Counted from the first letter of the stretch, positions 1-10,161 are shown. The stretch: DNA of 40,048 nt from Promethearchaeota archaeon (GCA_013375475.1 JABXKD010000030.1:1-40048), one strand, 5' to 3'. Program-made: numbers and translations. The notes: generated by a model not told the origin, from the sequence alone.

Positions 1-425
1 ATGTATCTAAAGAATAAAGATAGTAAATTTTTTGCGCACATAGCATCGGATAAGTGTCCCCTAATTTTGATTAAACCTCTCATAAACGCATCATCTGCTT
101 GAATTTTCCGTGTTATAACATTTTTCATGGTAGTTTTAGTAACAAAAAAGTGAATTACATCCAACTCTTCTGAGTTTTCCTCGTAGTACGAATTATTGTA
201 TGCCACCAATCCGCCGATCTTCTTAAGCCAGATATTATAATCTATGTCTTTAATGTATATATGGTAAATTTTATCATCATGTAATACTAATTCTTCCTGA
301 AATTCTTCGGTTTCATCTACAATCTTTATTCCTAGTCTAATAAACTTGTCTATTGTAGATTTTAATGCACTTTTTGACGAATCTAATGAGTTCATCATCA
401 TCAGTATAGCATTCGAGTCAATCAT
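1..425 (-). CDS. SCP2 sterol/lipid-binding domain protein (runs off the left edge; absent from ORF track)
   Basis: Manual translation from ATG at 425: MIDSNAILMMMNSLDSSK...EEFQEELVLHDDKIYHIYIKDIDYNIWLKK...IQADDAFMRGLIKIRGHLSDAM. The AFMxGxIxxxG motif is SCP2-like and the protein is paralogous to 563..994. Confidence 0.8.
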   Translation of the reverse strand, partial: MIDSNAILMMMNSLDSSKSALKSTIDKFIRLGIKIVDETEEFQEELVLHDDKIYHIYIKDIDYNIWLKKIGGLVAYNNSYYEENSEELDVIHFFVTKTTMKNVITRKIQADDAFMRGLIKIRGHLSDAMCAKNLLSLFFRY

Positions 426-562
426 TACTAAAGTTTATCCCTCTAACACTTTATTTTGAAAAATATTATGTTCGCATTTCTTCCAATTAATATTATGAAA
501 ATACTATTGATAGATCATTTATAGTTTTATATAATATTGCCATGATAAGAAGCACAAAACGA

Positions 563-994
563 TTATTTAATACCGTTTTTTTTTCGTAAATACTTTTCAA
601 ATATTCGGAATAGCTTGATGTATCTTAACCCTTGAGAGAAAGATCCTTCTACATTAATATTTCCTTTCATGAAGGCATCTGTTCCACTTACTTCATTTTT
701 TAAAATCTGAATGATTATGTCTTTATTAAATTTAATAGCAAATAAAGCTTTTGGGTTAATTCCTTTCTTATATTGAAGATTTCCATTTGAAACTTCTAAC
801 CAATAATTAAAATCTGCATCAGTCACATATGTTTGATAAATGTCGTCAAACCCAATTAATTCTTCCTTAAGTTCTTCTGTATTATTCATGATTTTTACTA
901 CTGCTTTGATGATCTTATCAAGTACATTTGCAAATTTTGGGCTCTCTATGTCCAGATGTTCCAAAATTGAACTAATTGGGTTCTGAGCGTTCAT
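563..994 (-). CDS. SCP2 sterol/lipid-binding domain protein
   Basis: C-terminal SGTDAFMKGNINVEGS SCP2 signature; shares EELKEEL...DADxxxWL with the downstream paralogues. Confidence 0.85.
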   Translation of the reverse strand: MNAQNPISSILEHLDIESPKFANVLDKIIKAVVKIMNNTEELKEELIGFDDIYQTYVTDADFNYWLEVSNGNLQYKKGINPKALFAIKFNKDIIIQILKNEVSGTDAFMKGNINVEGSFSQGLRYIKLFRIFEKYLRKKNGIK

Positions 995-1146
995 AAGTAT
1001 ACAGATAAATACCTCTTTGAAAAATCCTTATTCCTATAAATAAAGATAAAACAACTATTTATTTGTTTTTCTTCAGAAAAAAGCAATATAATAATGTGAA
1101 ACCAAGGGAAATTAAATTATAAACCTACTAAACTATCTAAAATAGC

Positions 1147-1713
1147 CTAGACTTTTTGAAACCGGATATAAAACATTTGATCCATAATTTTTTTTTCTAC
1201 ACTTTTAAATCCAATCGAAGCACCTAGGTTTAAATAGTATTCTAAATCCTGTTCTTTATTCCATTTGGTAGCATACCCCGTTGAAATTTTTTTCTCCCCA
1301 ATTTTAACTTCAAGGTAAAGGCCATACAAATCCTTATCTGAAATACCACGATTTGGAATTATAAAATCCCAAATGACAAATTCTCCTCCCTTTTTTGTTA
1401 CGCGGTAAATTTCCTGAAAAACTTTTTGATGGTTTGAAAGAGGAATATACATTAGGGTGAAAAAAGCGGTCGTCGTGTCGAAGGTCTCGTCTAAAAACTG
1501 CAAATCCTTTGCATCCATGATGATTTTTAAGTAATCTCCTGGAGCTGCTTCCTTCAGTTCAGATTCTCGACGATCTATTGCTACAACTTGTTCCCCTTTT
1601 AGCTGACCAATTATCCCCTCCCCTCCACCTCCAATATCCAAGATTCTACCTTTTAATTCGACATTAGATAGATCAATCTTTTGTAGCTCAATAAATTGAA
1701 TATTATCTTCCAT
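1147..1713 (-). CDS. Class I SAM-dependent methyltransferase
   Basis: Motif I ILDIGGGGEG, VVAID, DAKDLQFLDETFD, EIYRVTKKGG. Confidence 0.9.
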   Translation of the reverse strand: MEDNIQFIELQKIDLSNVELKGRILDIGGGGEGIIGQLKGEQVVAIDRRESELKEAAPGDYLKIIMDAKDLQFLDETFDTTTAFFTLMYIPLSNHQKVFQEIYRVTKKGGEFVIWDFIIPNRGISDKDLYGLYLEVKIGEKKISTGYATKWNKEQDLEYYLNLGASIGFKSVEKKIMDQMFYIRFQKV

Positions 1714-1888
1714 AATATATAATCCAAAATTTCATTCGTTTAAAATTTTTATAATGAATTTTTTTTTCTCCACTTTAATTCTTTTCATCGTAAAATAGCA
1801 AAAAATGGAATTTAAAATAAAATTTTTATATTTGGAATTATTTCTATCGTTATACTAAAATAAAATAATTCTATTTTTTAGTAAAAAA

Positions 1889-1996
1889 GCCCACATAGTG
1901 TAGTCCGGTCCAGCATTCGGGACTGTCACTCCTGCGACCCGGGTTCAAATCCGCGTGTGATAACCAAACGCGATGGAACTCCCGGTGTGGGCGCCA
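1889..1996 (+). tRNA. tRNA-Asp(GTC) with encoded CCA and a 30-nt intron (1950..1979) at non-canonical position 59/60
   Basis: Acceptor stem GCCCACA/TGTGGGC, discriminator G, then CCA. Anticodon arm CGGGA-CTGTCAC-TCCTG (GTC at 1925-1927). T-stem CCGGG/CCCGG. The T-loop TTCAAAT is restored by removing 1950..1979. Confidence 0.93.
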
Positions 1997-2228
1997 TTTT
2001 TTACCTTTTATCTTCCTAATAAATAATATTTTTTTTTTAACATCTCAAAAAATATAATAAGAACGATATTTTTAAAACCGAATTCCCCAACCCTAATAAA
2101 AACTTTTCGAACTTCGTAGAAGAAACGATTAAAGGTTTTTAAATTACAATTACTTATCTATAATCACAATTCAAATTTAATTCAAATCTAAAAATATTAG
2201 TTAAAATTCAAAAAGAGGTTAAATAATA

Positions 2229-2663
2229 ATGGTTGACAAAGCCTTATTAAAAGAAATAAAGGAAAAAATTGAAGCTGGTGCTGCTGCATCAGACGTAAAG
2301 GATACTCTAAAAGTATACGAACTCTTTAAGCAAGTAGCCGAAGAGAATGACGACTTAAAAGAAGAATTGGAAGATATGGATATCACTATCCAAATGAATA
2401 TAACAGATGCTGACGCTAAGTTCTGGTTAAAAGCCCACGACGGTACTATGGAATTTGGCGAAGGTACTGTGGATAATCCATCCTTCACGTTCTCCGCCAC
2501 GAAAGAAGTAGGTGCCGGTATGTTATTCGGTGAAGTTGATGCCACTAGCGCTTATATGGCCGGTGATATTACCGTAGAGGGTAACCTACAAGATGCTATG
2601 GCATTTCAAGAGATTATCGAATTAGCTTTAGAAGCTCTTGAAGATATGTTTGAAGATCTATAA
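2229..2663 (+). CDS. SCP2 sterol/lipid-binding domain protein, acidic (tandem copy 1)
   Basis: DATSAYMAGDITVEGNLQDAM SCP2 motif; GAGGT Shine-Dalgarno upstream. Confidence 0.9.
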   Translation: MVDKALLKEIKEKIEAGAAASDVKDTLKVYELFKQVAEENDDLKEELEDMDITIQMNITDADAKFWLKAHDGTMEFGEGTVDNPSFTFSATKEVGAGMLFGEVDATSAYMAGDITVEGNLQDAMAFQEIIELALEALEDMFEDL

Positions 2664-2953
2664 AAAAGTCGCATCTTCTTTAATATTAGCTCAAATCTTA
2701 CTTTTTCTTTTTAATTCTACACTTTTTTTAATCATTTTCTTTAAATCTGTAAGTATTAATTTATTAAAATTCGACAAATTTCGCAAAATTATTCCCTCGC
2801 TACCTATAGCAATTATAGATTTCGCAGTTTAATCGATAGAAGATATAAAACCTTTTTATAGTGTAAAGAGTTATACATTATAGTATTTATTTAATCGATC
2901 AAAATCGTAAATTAAATACTACATCATAAAAGATAATAGAAGGTTGAAAAATC

Positions 2954-3388
2954 ATGGTTGATGAAGCTTTAATAAAAGAATTGAAAGGAAAATTTGACGC
3001 CGGGGCTGCTGCTTCGGACGTAATGGATACTCTAAAAGTTTTCGAGCTGTTCAAACAGATTGCGGTAGAAAATGAAGATTTAAAAGAAGAATTGGAAGAT
3101 ATGGATATCACTATCCAAATGAATATTACGGACGCAGATAAGAAGTTTTGGCTAAAGGCAAAAGAAGGGACGCTGGAATTTGGCGAGGGTGACGTAGAAA
3201 ATCCATCATTCACATTCTCCGCCACGAAAGAGGTAGGCTCCGGTATGTTATTCGGTGAAGTTGACGCCACTAGCGCATACATGGCTGGAGACATTACCGT
3301 CGAGGGTAATCTTCAAGACGCAATGGCTTTTCAAGAGATTATTGAATTAGCCTTAGAGGCTTATGAAGATTTAGCTGAAGATTTATAA
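2954..3388 (+). CDS. SCP2 sterol/lipid-binding domain protein, acidic (tandem copy 2)
   Basis: Same length (144 aa) and highly similar to 2229..2663. Confidence 0.9.
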   Translation: MVDEALIKELKGKFDAGAAASDVMDTLKVFELFKQIAVENEDLKEELEDMDITIQMNITDADKKFWLKAKEGTLEFGEGDVENPSFTFSATKEVGSGMLFGEVDATSAYMAGDITVEGNLQDAMAFQEIIELALEAYEDLAEDL

Positions 3389-3467
3389 CATAACTATATA
3401 TTGACCCGTTGTATATCTTTTCTAACTTTTTTTTATTTTATTTGTTTTTATAATTTTAGACTTATAC

Positions 3468-4724
3468 CTATTTAGTTTCAAGCTTAAAGATTTTATCATT
3501 CTTTTTAACTTCCATATCAACCAAAATTCCTACAGTTATTCTATCTTTTTGCGTTTTGATAAAGGGTGTTTCAGTTAGATTTCCTTTTTGTTTAATTTGT
3601 ATTGACATAATTTTCTGACGCAAATATGTATCTGTATGGGTTCCAATTATGAATATTTCGTCACCTAGCTGTAATTTCCCTTTTGATAGGAGTATTTTTG
3701 CGGCTTTTCTATCGGGAAAATAGGAAAGGACTTTTCCTATTTCAACTTTTTTATAGTTAGAAATATTTCCATCGAGTTCTCGTTGAATTTCGCTTCCCTT
3801 TGGTTGTCCAAAGTAAAAACCCGTTGAAAAACCTCTGTTATACACCTTGCTTAACCGTTTAAGCCATTCTTGGACTTTATCAATTGTAAATGTATTGTCG
3901 TAGTACGCATCAATGGCTTCTTTATAACACGCGGTTGTTTCTTCTATATAAATCGGATCTCTCATTCGTCCTTCTATTTTAAAGGCATCAATATTGGCTT
4001 CAATTAACTCTGGGACGTGTTCAATCATGCATAAATCTTTGGAATTAATAAAAAACACTCCATCGTAGAGAAACTCGTTTGATTGGTCGTCGTATACCCG
4101 CCATTTTCTACGACAGGGTTGAACACACCTTCCTCTATTAGCAGAATATTCTTGGGATCCACAAACCTCAGCTGAGAAGTAGCATCGCCCGGACACAGAA
4201 GTACATTGAGCTCCGTGAACAAATGTTTCTATTTCAGCTTTTTGAATCTTACACTTTATATCTTTAATTTGGTTTAAGGAAAGCTCTCTAGCGAGAATTA
4301 ATCTTTCAGCTCCTAACTTTTCATAGAAGTTTGCAGTTCGAGAATTAGAAATATTGGCTTGAGTTGAGATGTGAAACGGCAAATCCTTATCTTTAACGAC
4401 TTCAATAACACCGATATCGTGTATGATTACAGCGTCAATTTCTGCTTCGATGGCATTATCTAACACTTTATTGAGTAGGTCAAATTCGTTTTCGTATACA
4501 ATCACATTTGTGGTTAAGTAAGTTAATATATCGTTATCATGGCATTTTTTTACGATACTGTTTAAATCGTCTAACTTAATATTATCGCTGAACATTCTCA
4601 TATTAAAAGCTTCTACGCCAAAAAAAACAGCATCTGCTTTACCTAAGACGGCATTTAAAGATTTTAAATTTTTTAAAGGAGTCATTAGTTCTACTCTCTT
4701 TTTTGTTTGACCCGACATACTCAA
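3468..4724 (-). CDS. Peptidase U32 family Fe-S protein (TrhP/RlhA-like RNA hydroxylation)
   Basis: HISTQ, ILAREL, FVHGAQCTSVSGRC, RGRCVQPCRR and FKIEGRMR motifs. Confidence 0.9.
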   Translation of the reverse strand: MSMSGQTKKRVELMTPLKNLKSLNAVLGKADAVFFGVEAFNMRMFSDNIKLDDLNSIVKKCHDNDILTYLTTNVIVYENEFDLLNKVLDNAIEAEIDAVIIHDIGVIEVVKDKDLPFHISTQANISNSRTANFYEKLGAERLILARELSLNQIKDIKCKIQKAEIETFVHGAQCTSVSGRCYFSAEVCGSQEYSANRGRCVQPCRRKWRVYDDQSNEFLYDGVFFINSKDLCMIEHVPELIEANIDAFKIEGRMRDPIYIEETTACYKEAIDAYYDNTFTIDKVQEWLKRLSKVYNRGFSTGFYFGQPKGSEIQRELDGNISNYKKVEIGKVLSYFPDRKAAKILLSKGKLQLGDEIFIIGTHTDTYLRQKIMSIQIKQKGNLTETPFIKTQKDRITVGILVDMEVKKNDKIFKLETK

Positions 4725-4826
4725 TTCCGTATTGATATAATTTACTATTAAGAAATATCATGTGAAAAAATAATGTATTGAATAAGATTAATATCAAAAA
4801 GAATAAAAAAAAATTGTTCTTAAATT

Positions 4827-6545
4827 TTAAATTACGGCAAACCATAGATAAAAAAGAACGACACTTATTACAAAGAATATGACTGCTGAAATGTAAGTCA
4901 TATGCTTAGAGTAGTTCCGAAATCTTCTACCATCTTGGGTCCATATAGTGTCCACTTGAAGATATGGACCTGGACCTCTTCTATACCACCCTTGAATTCT
5001 TATGTTCTGTCCTACTAATTCATCTGCTCTTCTGATTGCCCACCAGAAATCCATAAGCCTTAAACCAAATCGATAATCTATATACATCCGACCAGTATTA
5101 TCTTGAAAGTATAAATCTTCCGAGAACCAATATCCGGGTGTTCCTTTTCCAATAACTAAACCTTCGATTATAGAGGCTACGGGCCGAACAGGAGAAACAT
5201 TTATGTTGGTGACTAATTCAACTATATTATTAGGTGCGAATCCTTTTCGATACATGAAGGAAGTTCTCGCTATGACTCCAAATCCCATAATAATAAAACC
5301 AATAGCCCATAAAAGAACTAAATTATTAATCGAGGAAAAAGTTCCAATTACTAGAAAACCAAAAAATCCAAGAACCCAGACGGCTGTGAATGCAATTAGT
5401 ATTACGAAAAATATTGATGGTAACGATTTAATAACTAGATCAGTTATAAATTCACCTGCCATAGATTTACCTACTTGTTGTTCTTTGATTGCTCTCGCTC
5501 CAGAAAGATCGTATTCCACTGGAACTTTGTAAGTTTGACATTGTTCATTCAATCGTTGAATTCTTTTTGCCGTTAATGGATGTGTGCTAAATACTTGAAA
5601 ATATTTTGCCCATGGATTGAACAAGTCCCACCCGGCAGCAGCTTCAACTACTCTCTTAGAAATTTGGCCATTTTCATCCATGGCTTGCACTGCTACAGTT
5701 GCAGCTTTCTTTGGATCAAAGATGCCTAAGCCTCTAAGAGCTCTTACGCTTGATTTTTGCTTTTGTTTCATTTCAGCTTCCGTCCCGGTTGCTAGCAATC
5801 CATACGCAATCTTAATTAGCGCAGTTGATAAAAAATTTGGATTTTCAGTTAATTCAGCGGCGTGTTGATCAGCAAAGTATTCTCGGATTCGACTTACGAA
5901 TAAAGATACTAGAAATCCTATATAATAACTTATGTAAGATACTATCGCGACGACAATCAATGCTAAAACAATATAACTTCCTGCATCGTCATCTCTTGAT
6001 CTTCTTAAGCCCGAAAATCGTACCGCGTAATATGACCATCTTGCGATCGTTAATAATATTAGTGGAATAGCAAAAACAACAGTCATCAGAATGAAATCGT
6101 TATGCACAATATGACCTAATTCATGGGCAACTACAGCTCTTTGTTCGTGTTCATCCAAATAATGTATTATCCCCTCAGTTATTACCATTCTGGCTTTATT
6201 TTTAGTGTAGCCAAAGGTGAAAGCCTGAGGGTTATCATCATGGATTATTCCCATTCTTGGGGTTTTGATTTCTTGGATTGCCGTAACTTTATCGATGATA
6301 TCGGCTAAATAAGGGTATTTATATGTGAAATCATCATAGTCCATCCATTCGATTTTATACATCCAATTAATAAATATAGGACCCATACCATATTGGAATA
6401 AAACAATTAAAATCGTTAAGGCAATCATTATCAGAAGTCCAAAAAGATTGCCTGGTAAAAACCACACTCCTATCGTAAAGACTACAGCATAGATTAGAGC
6501 AAATAAAAACATTATAGCAAGGGTAGATGCTAATTTTAATCCCAT
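4827..6545 (-). CDS. htpX: M48 zinc metalloprotease (HtpX family), long form with extra C-terminal TM and beta-rich domain
   Basis: HELGH zinc motif, PQAFTFG, SRIREYFAD, STHP; several TM helices. Confidence 0.9.
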   Translation of the reverse strand: MGLKLASTLAIMFLFALIYAVVFTIGVWFLPGNLFGLLIMIALTILIVLFQYGMGPIFINWMYKIEWMDYDDFTYKYPYLADIIDKVTAIQEIKTPRMGIIHDDNPQAFTFGYTKNKARMVITEGIIHYLDEHEQRAVVAHELGHIVHNDFILMTVVFAIPLILLTIARWSYYAVRFSGLRRSRDDDAGSYIVLALIVVAIVSYISYYIGFLVSLFVSRIREYFADQHAAELTENPNFLSTALIKIAYGLLATGTEAEMKQKQKSSVRALRGLGIFDPKKAATVAVQAMDENGQISKRVVEAAAGWDLFNPWAKYFQVFSTHPLTAKRIQRLNEQCQTYKVPVEYDLSGARAIKEQQVGKSMAGEFITDLVIKSLPSIFFVILIAFTAVWVLGFFGFLVIGTFSSINNLVLLWAIGFIIMGFGVIARTSFMYRKGFAPNNIVELVTNINVSPVRPVASIIEGLVIGKGTPGYWFSEDLYFQDNTGRMYIDYRFGLRLMDFWWAIRRADELVGQNIRIQGWYRRGPGPYLQVDTIWTQDGRRFRNYSKHMTYISAVIFFVISVVLFYLWFAVI

Positions 6546-6766
6546 TTTTGATCACTCAAAGTTAAATTTAAACATTTAATTTTTTTGATAAATTTTCTAT
6601 TTCTTAAAATAAATTAACTATGATACCCAAGCAGTTCTTAATAAATAATTTTAACTACTAGAATTTAAAATTGTAAAGATTATGAATCGTTTTCGAAAAG
6701 AATAAAATAAATTGCTTTCATTATAATTTCAGCAAAATTTTAGAATGTAATTTAGGTGTTTTTACT

Positions 6767-7390
6767 ATGGATGCTAAACTGAAGCGATTATACGACGCAA
6801 CAGACAATCTTATTAAACAGCAATTTTATAAGAGTGGGAGCGATACGATCATAGGTAGAACACCTGAAGTTTCAATCAAAATTAGAAATTCGGGTCAGAT
6901 CGTCAAGAAATTTGAAGATATCTTTAATAAAAATATGCATCTCTTTTTAGAGGGGGACTATATGAAATTTTTTAGTCCTTTCAAGAGAATTAAGGGTGTG
7001 GATGAGAATCACCTAAGAGAAATATATCAAGATATTCAAATCAAATTAGCAGCAATGCATGGCACCGAATTTAACACGGTTATTATGTATACAATACTTG
7101 TTAGTTCTTTAACTACAAGTATCCGTGAAATACAATTTAACGAATCTGTTCAACAAATAATCGCAAGAACGAGAAAAAAAACTAACACTATAAATGTTAA
7201 ACAAATTGAGAAAGAATTAGAAAAGTTATTCATGCGAAACGATAAGGATGTGTCAATTTTATATAATATCTCATATCTCACCGCATTAGCAGAATCTTTT
7301 AATTTCACGAAAACTACTCGAACATGTAAGATTCAAAGGAGTAAACATATTAATCGCATAGTAAACTCAATCCTTTTTTCTCTTGATTAA
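6767..7390 (+). CDS. Hypothetical helical protein
   Basis: 207-aa ORF with AGGTG SD upstream; no motif recognised. Confidence 0.7.
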   Translation: MDAKLKRLYDATDNLIKQQFYKSGSDTIIGRTPEVSIKIRNSGQIVKKFEDIFNKNMHLFLEGDYMKFFSPFKRIKGVDENHLREIYQDIQIKLAAMHGTEFNTVIMYTILVSSLTTSIREIQFNESVQQIIARTRKKTNTINVKQIEKELEKLFMRNDKDVSILYNISYLTALAESFNFTKTTRTCKIQRSKHINRIVNSILFSLD

Positions 7391-7469
7391 TTTTTACCCT
7401 AAAAGGTGGTAACAAATTCTTATCACAGAATTTCATAATTTCTATAAAAAGGAAGGATTAAATCAAGAT

Positions 7470-8270
7470 GTGATTAGGACATTCCAAAATATAATTTACT
7501 CGTACTTTAAACAATATGGGAGAGAATTTCCTTTTAGGAGAGAGATAAATCCTTATAATGTTGTAATTTCAGAAATGATGTTACAACAAACTCAAACTAA
7601 TAGGGTATCTGAAAAATTTGAACAATTCATCCAAGAATTTCCTGATTTTCAATCTTTAGCAAATGCGCCCCTAAATAATGTGTTAAAAGTTTGGCAAGGC
7701 TTAGGCTATAACCGTAGAGCCGTAGCGCTAAAAAATATTGCCGAAAAGGTAGTTAACGAATTCGACGGAATTTTACCAGCTGATGTCGAGATTTTAAAAT
7801 CATTTCCTCAGATAGGTCACAATACAGCTTCATCGATAGTAGCATTTGCATTCAATATGCCCACCTTTTTTATTGAAGTGAACATTAGACGCGTTTATAT
7901 TTATTACTTTTTTCCTGGCAAAAATTCAGTTAACGACAGCCTTATCCTCCCAATTGTAAGGAAAACTTTGGATCGAGCTAATGTGCGAAAGTGGTACTAC
8001 GCTCTCATGGATTACGGAGTAATGCTAAAAAAAACTCATCCTGAATTGAATAAAAGAAGTGCCCATTACAGAAAACAATCAAAATTTAAGGGATCAGATC
8101 GAGAAATCAGAGGAAAAATTTTAAGACTCCTAATCGCAAACAGTAATTTGACTGAATCTGATATATTGAAGGAATTGAATATAAATTCTAAAAAACTGAA
8201 CGATATTTTGAACCTTCTAATCAAAGAAGGATTTATTAAAAAAGAGAAACACCTATTTTCAATTCCTTAA
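7470..8270 (+). CDS. HhH-GPD DNA glycosylase, MutY-like, with C-terminal winged helix and no Fe-S cysteine motif
   Basis: NPYNVVISEMMLQQTQ, WQGLGYNRRA, ALMDYG. Confidence 0.85.
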   Translation: MIRTFQNIIYSYFKQYGREFPFRREINPYNVVISEMMLQQTQTNRVSEKFEQFIQEFPDFQSLANAPLNNVLKVWQGLGYNRRAVALKNIAEKVVNEFDGILPADVEILKSFPQIGHNTASSIVAFAFNMPTFFIEVNIRRVYIYYFFPGKNSVNDSLILPIVRKTLDRANVRKWYYALMDYGVMLKKTHPELNKRSAHYRKQSKFKGSDREIRGKILRLLIANSNLTESDILKELNINSKKLNDILNLLIKEGFIKKEKHLFSIP

Positions 8271-9551
8271 TTTCTTCGATTTAAAATAATTTGCTATATT
8301 TTCTGCTAGCTTTTCTTGCTTTTTCCAATCCCCGTAAGCCAATCCTTTTGAAGTTAGATCAGATATTAACTTTTTAGTTTTTTCGTTAATTTGTTTTACA
8401 GTTTCATTTGCAAACACTGTTTGTGGTAAGGGCATGAAGCTATGTGTATGAATTTTAGCTCCCAAAATAGACAATTCTTTCATAAAATCTATAGTAAGGT
8501 TAATATCTTCATCTGTTTCGTTAGGCAAATTAAAAATAAAGTCAACATTTGCGATGAGTCCAGATTTTACCGTTAATTTCACTGCGTTATATACATCATC
8601 AATCGTATGGCCTCTATTACACGAGTTCAATATCTTTTGGCTACCTGATTGAGCACCAATTACAATATTATCGTTTGCAGCGTATTTTAGTACTAATCCT
8701 AATGTCTCATCAGTTACATGCTCAGGTCTGACTTCAGAAGGAAAAGATCCAAAATAAATCCTCCCTTTAGGCGCAATTATCTTTTCGATATTAATTAATA
8801 ACAGCTCTAATTCCGGAAGATTGAGAGTTTTTCCATCTTGCGAACCATAAGAAAAGGCGTTAGGAGTTATAAACCTAATGTCGGTTTTTTCATATTCTTT
8901 CATAATTTTAACAGCGTCACAAATAGACTTGATACTTCTATGCCTCGGGGCTGTTCCTAAAATATAAGGTGTTTGACAAAAATAGCAGACATAAGGACAT
9001 CCTCTAGTTATTTCAATAGCTCCATATTTAATGTGCCTACTTGGCAAAGCCGGATATTTATTTAAATCTAACCATTCTCGTTTTTTAGTTAAAATTATTT
9101 TACCATCCTTATCTAAATACGCGATTCCTTTAATTTCATTCAAGCTTTTATTATTTTTTACATTAATAAGAATTTCAATTAAAGTTTCTTCACCCTCACC
9201 CCTTACAACTAAATCAAAATCCATTTTAAGAGTCCCTTCTGGATCTCCAGTAGGGTGGGGTCCGCCTGCAATAAATAATACTTTAGTCCCATATTTTTTT
9301 CGTAAAGATTTGACTAAATCCCTAACCTCCCATAACTGAGTAGTAAAAAAAGAAATACCTAATACAGTTGATTCATGTATATCGCTAATTTCTTCTATAT
9401 CATTATATAGGTTCTCTTTACCACGAATAAAGTAAATTTCGATATCATTTAATTTGCGTTCTGTTTCGATAGCAGCAACTAACGCATTAAAACTGAAGAT
9501 ATTTTGTTTCTGATAAAATACAACAAATGCAACTTTTTTTCGCAAACACAT
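8259..9551 (-). CDS. B12-binding-domain radical SAM protein (TIGR04013-like)
   Basis: AGGPHPTG and GEGEETL B12-binding motifs; EITRGCPYVCYFC (CxxxCxxC); GSFPSEVRPE. Confidence 0.9.
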   Translation of the reverse strand: MCLRKKVAFVVFYQKQNIFSFNALVAAIETERKLNDIEIYFIRGKENLYNDIEEISDIHESTVLGISFFTTQLWEVRDLVKSLRKKYGTKVLFIAGGPHPTGDPEGTLKMDFDLVVRGEGEETLIEILINVKNNKSLNEIKGIAYLDKDGKIILTKKREWLDLNKYPALPSRHIKYGAIEITRGCPYVCYFCQTPYILGTAPRHRSIKSICDAVKIMKEYEKTDIRFITPNAFSYGSQDGKTLNLPELELLLINIEKIIAPKGRIYFGSFPSEVRPEHVTDETLGLVLKYAANDNIVIGAQSGSQKILNSCNRGHTIDDVYNAVKLTVKSGLIANVDFIFNLPNETDEDINLTIDFMKELSILGAKIHTHSFMPLPQTVFANETVKQINEKTKKLISDLTSKGLAYGDWKKQEKLAENIANYFKSKKLRN

Positions 9552-9644
9552 AATAATATCTTGTTATATTAAGAATATAGAATCTTTTGTAGATTAAAAT
9601 TATAATTCAAAAATATTATAATAAAAATAAAAAGTGAGAAAAAT

Positions 9645-10094
9645 ATGCTTTTTGTAGAATTATTTGCTACAGATCCTTCTATGGTAGGCTTAGCATGGTT
9701 TGATTTTTATTCTATCGGACACTTCTGCTTTGGGATTGGGGTTTTTCTTTTTTTTAGCTTATTTTATACTCTTCCAAAACACAAGGGAAAAATACCCATA
9801 TTTTCATTACTCTTTGTTTTCATCTTAACACTGGGAATATTGATCCTTTGGGAGGCTTTAGAATATTTCGTTTTTATCGATCTCGGTTGGAAATTCGAAG
9901 GGCGCGCAGATAGTTGGCAAAATATGACAACAGACTTAATAATTGGAGCTTTCGGGGGTATTGTATCTTGGATCTTTTGCTACGAAATTGTTGGTAAAGA
10001 TAAAAATGTTTGGGCTTATTATATTTTTGGAATCATAGGATTTGCATTGTGGCTGGTTGTGTTTATGATCTTACGTGCTTTTACAATAACATAA
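9645..10094 (+). CDS. Membrane protein, DUF2585/DUF2238-like
   Basis: About 4 TM helices with D-x-YS-x-x-H, WExxE and DSWQN-x-x-x-D motifs. Confidence 0.6.
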   Translation: MLFVELFATDPSMVGLAWFDFYSIGHFCFGIGVFLFFSLFYTLPKHKGKIPIFSLLFVFILTLGILILWEALEYFVFIDLGWKFEGRADSWQNMTTDLIIGAFGGIVSWIFCYEIVGKDKNVWAYYIFGIIGFALWLVVFMILRAFTIT

Positions 10095-10161
10095 CACCTA
10101 AACTTATTTTTATAAATTTTATTTCTTTTTTTTTACACAGAGATTATATATTTAACTCAAG

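Noticed and set aside
1889-2100. tRNA as an integration site, with the insert being an att scar
   Set aside because: No integrase or duplicated tRNA 3' end was found; the insert is explained by a BHB intron.
2219-3294. Antisense ORFs 2219..2545 and 2899..3294 that resemble each other
   Set aside because: They are shadows of the duplicated SCP2 genes; their similarity follows from the sense-strand duplication.
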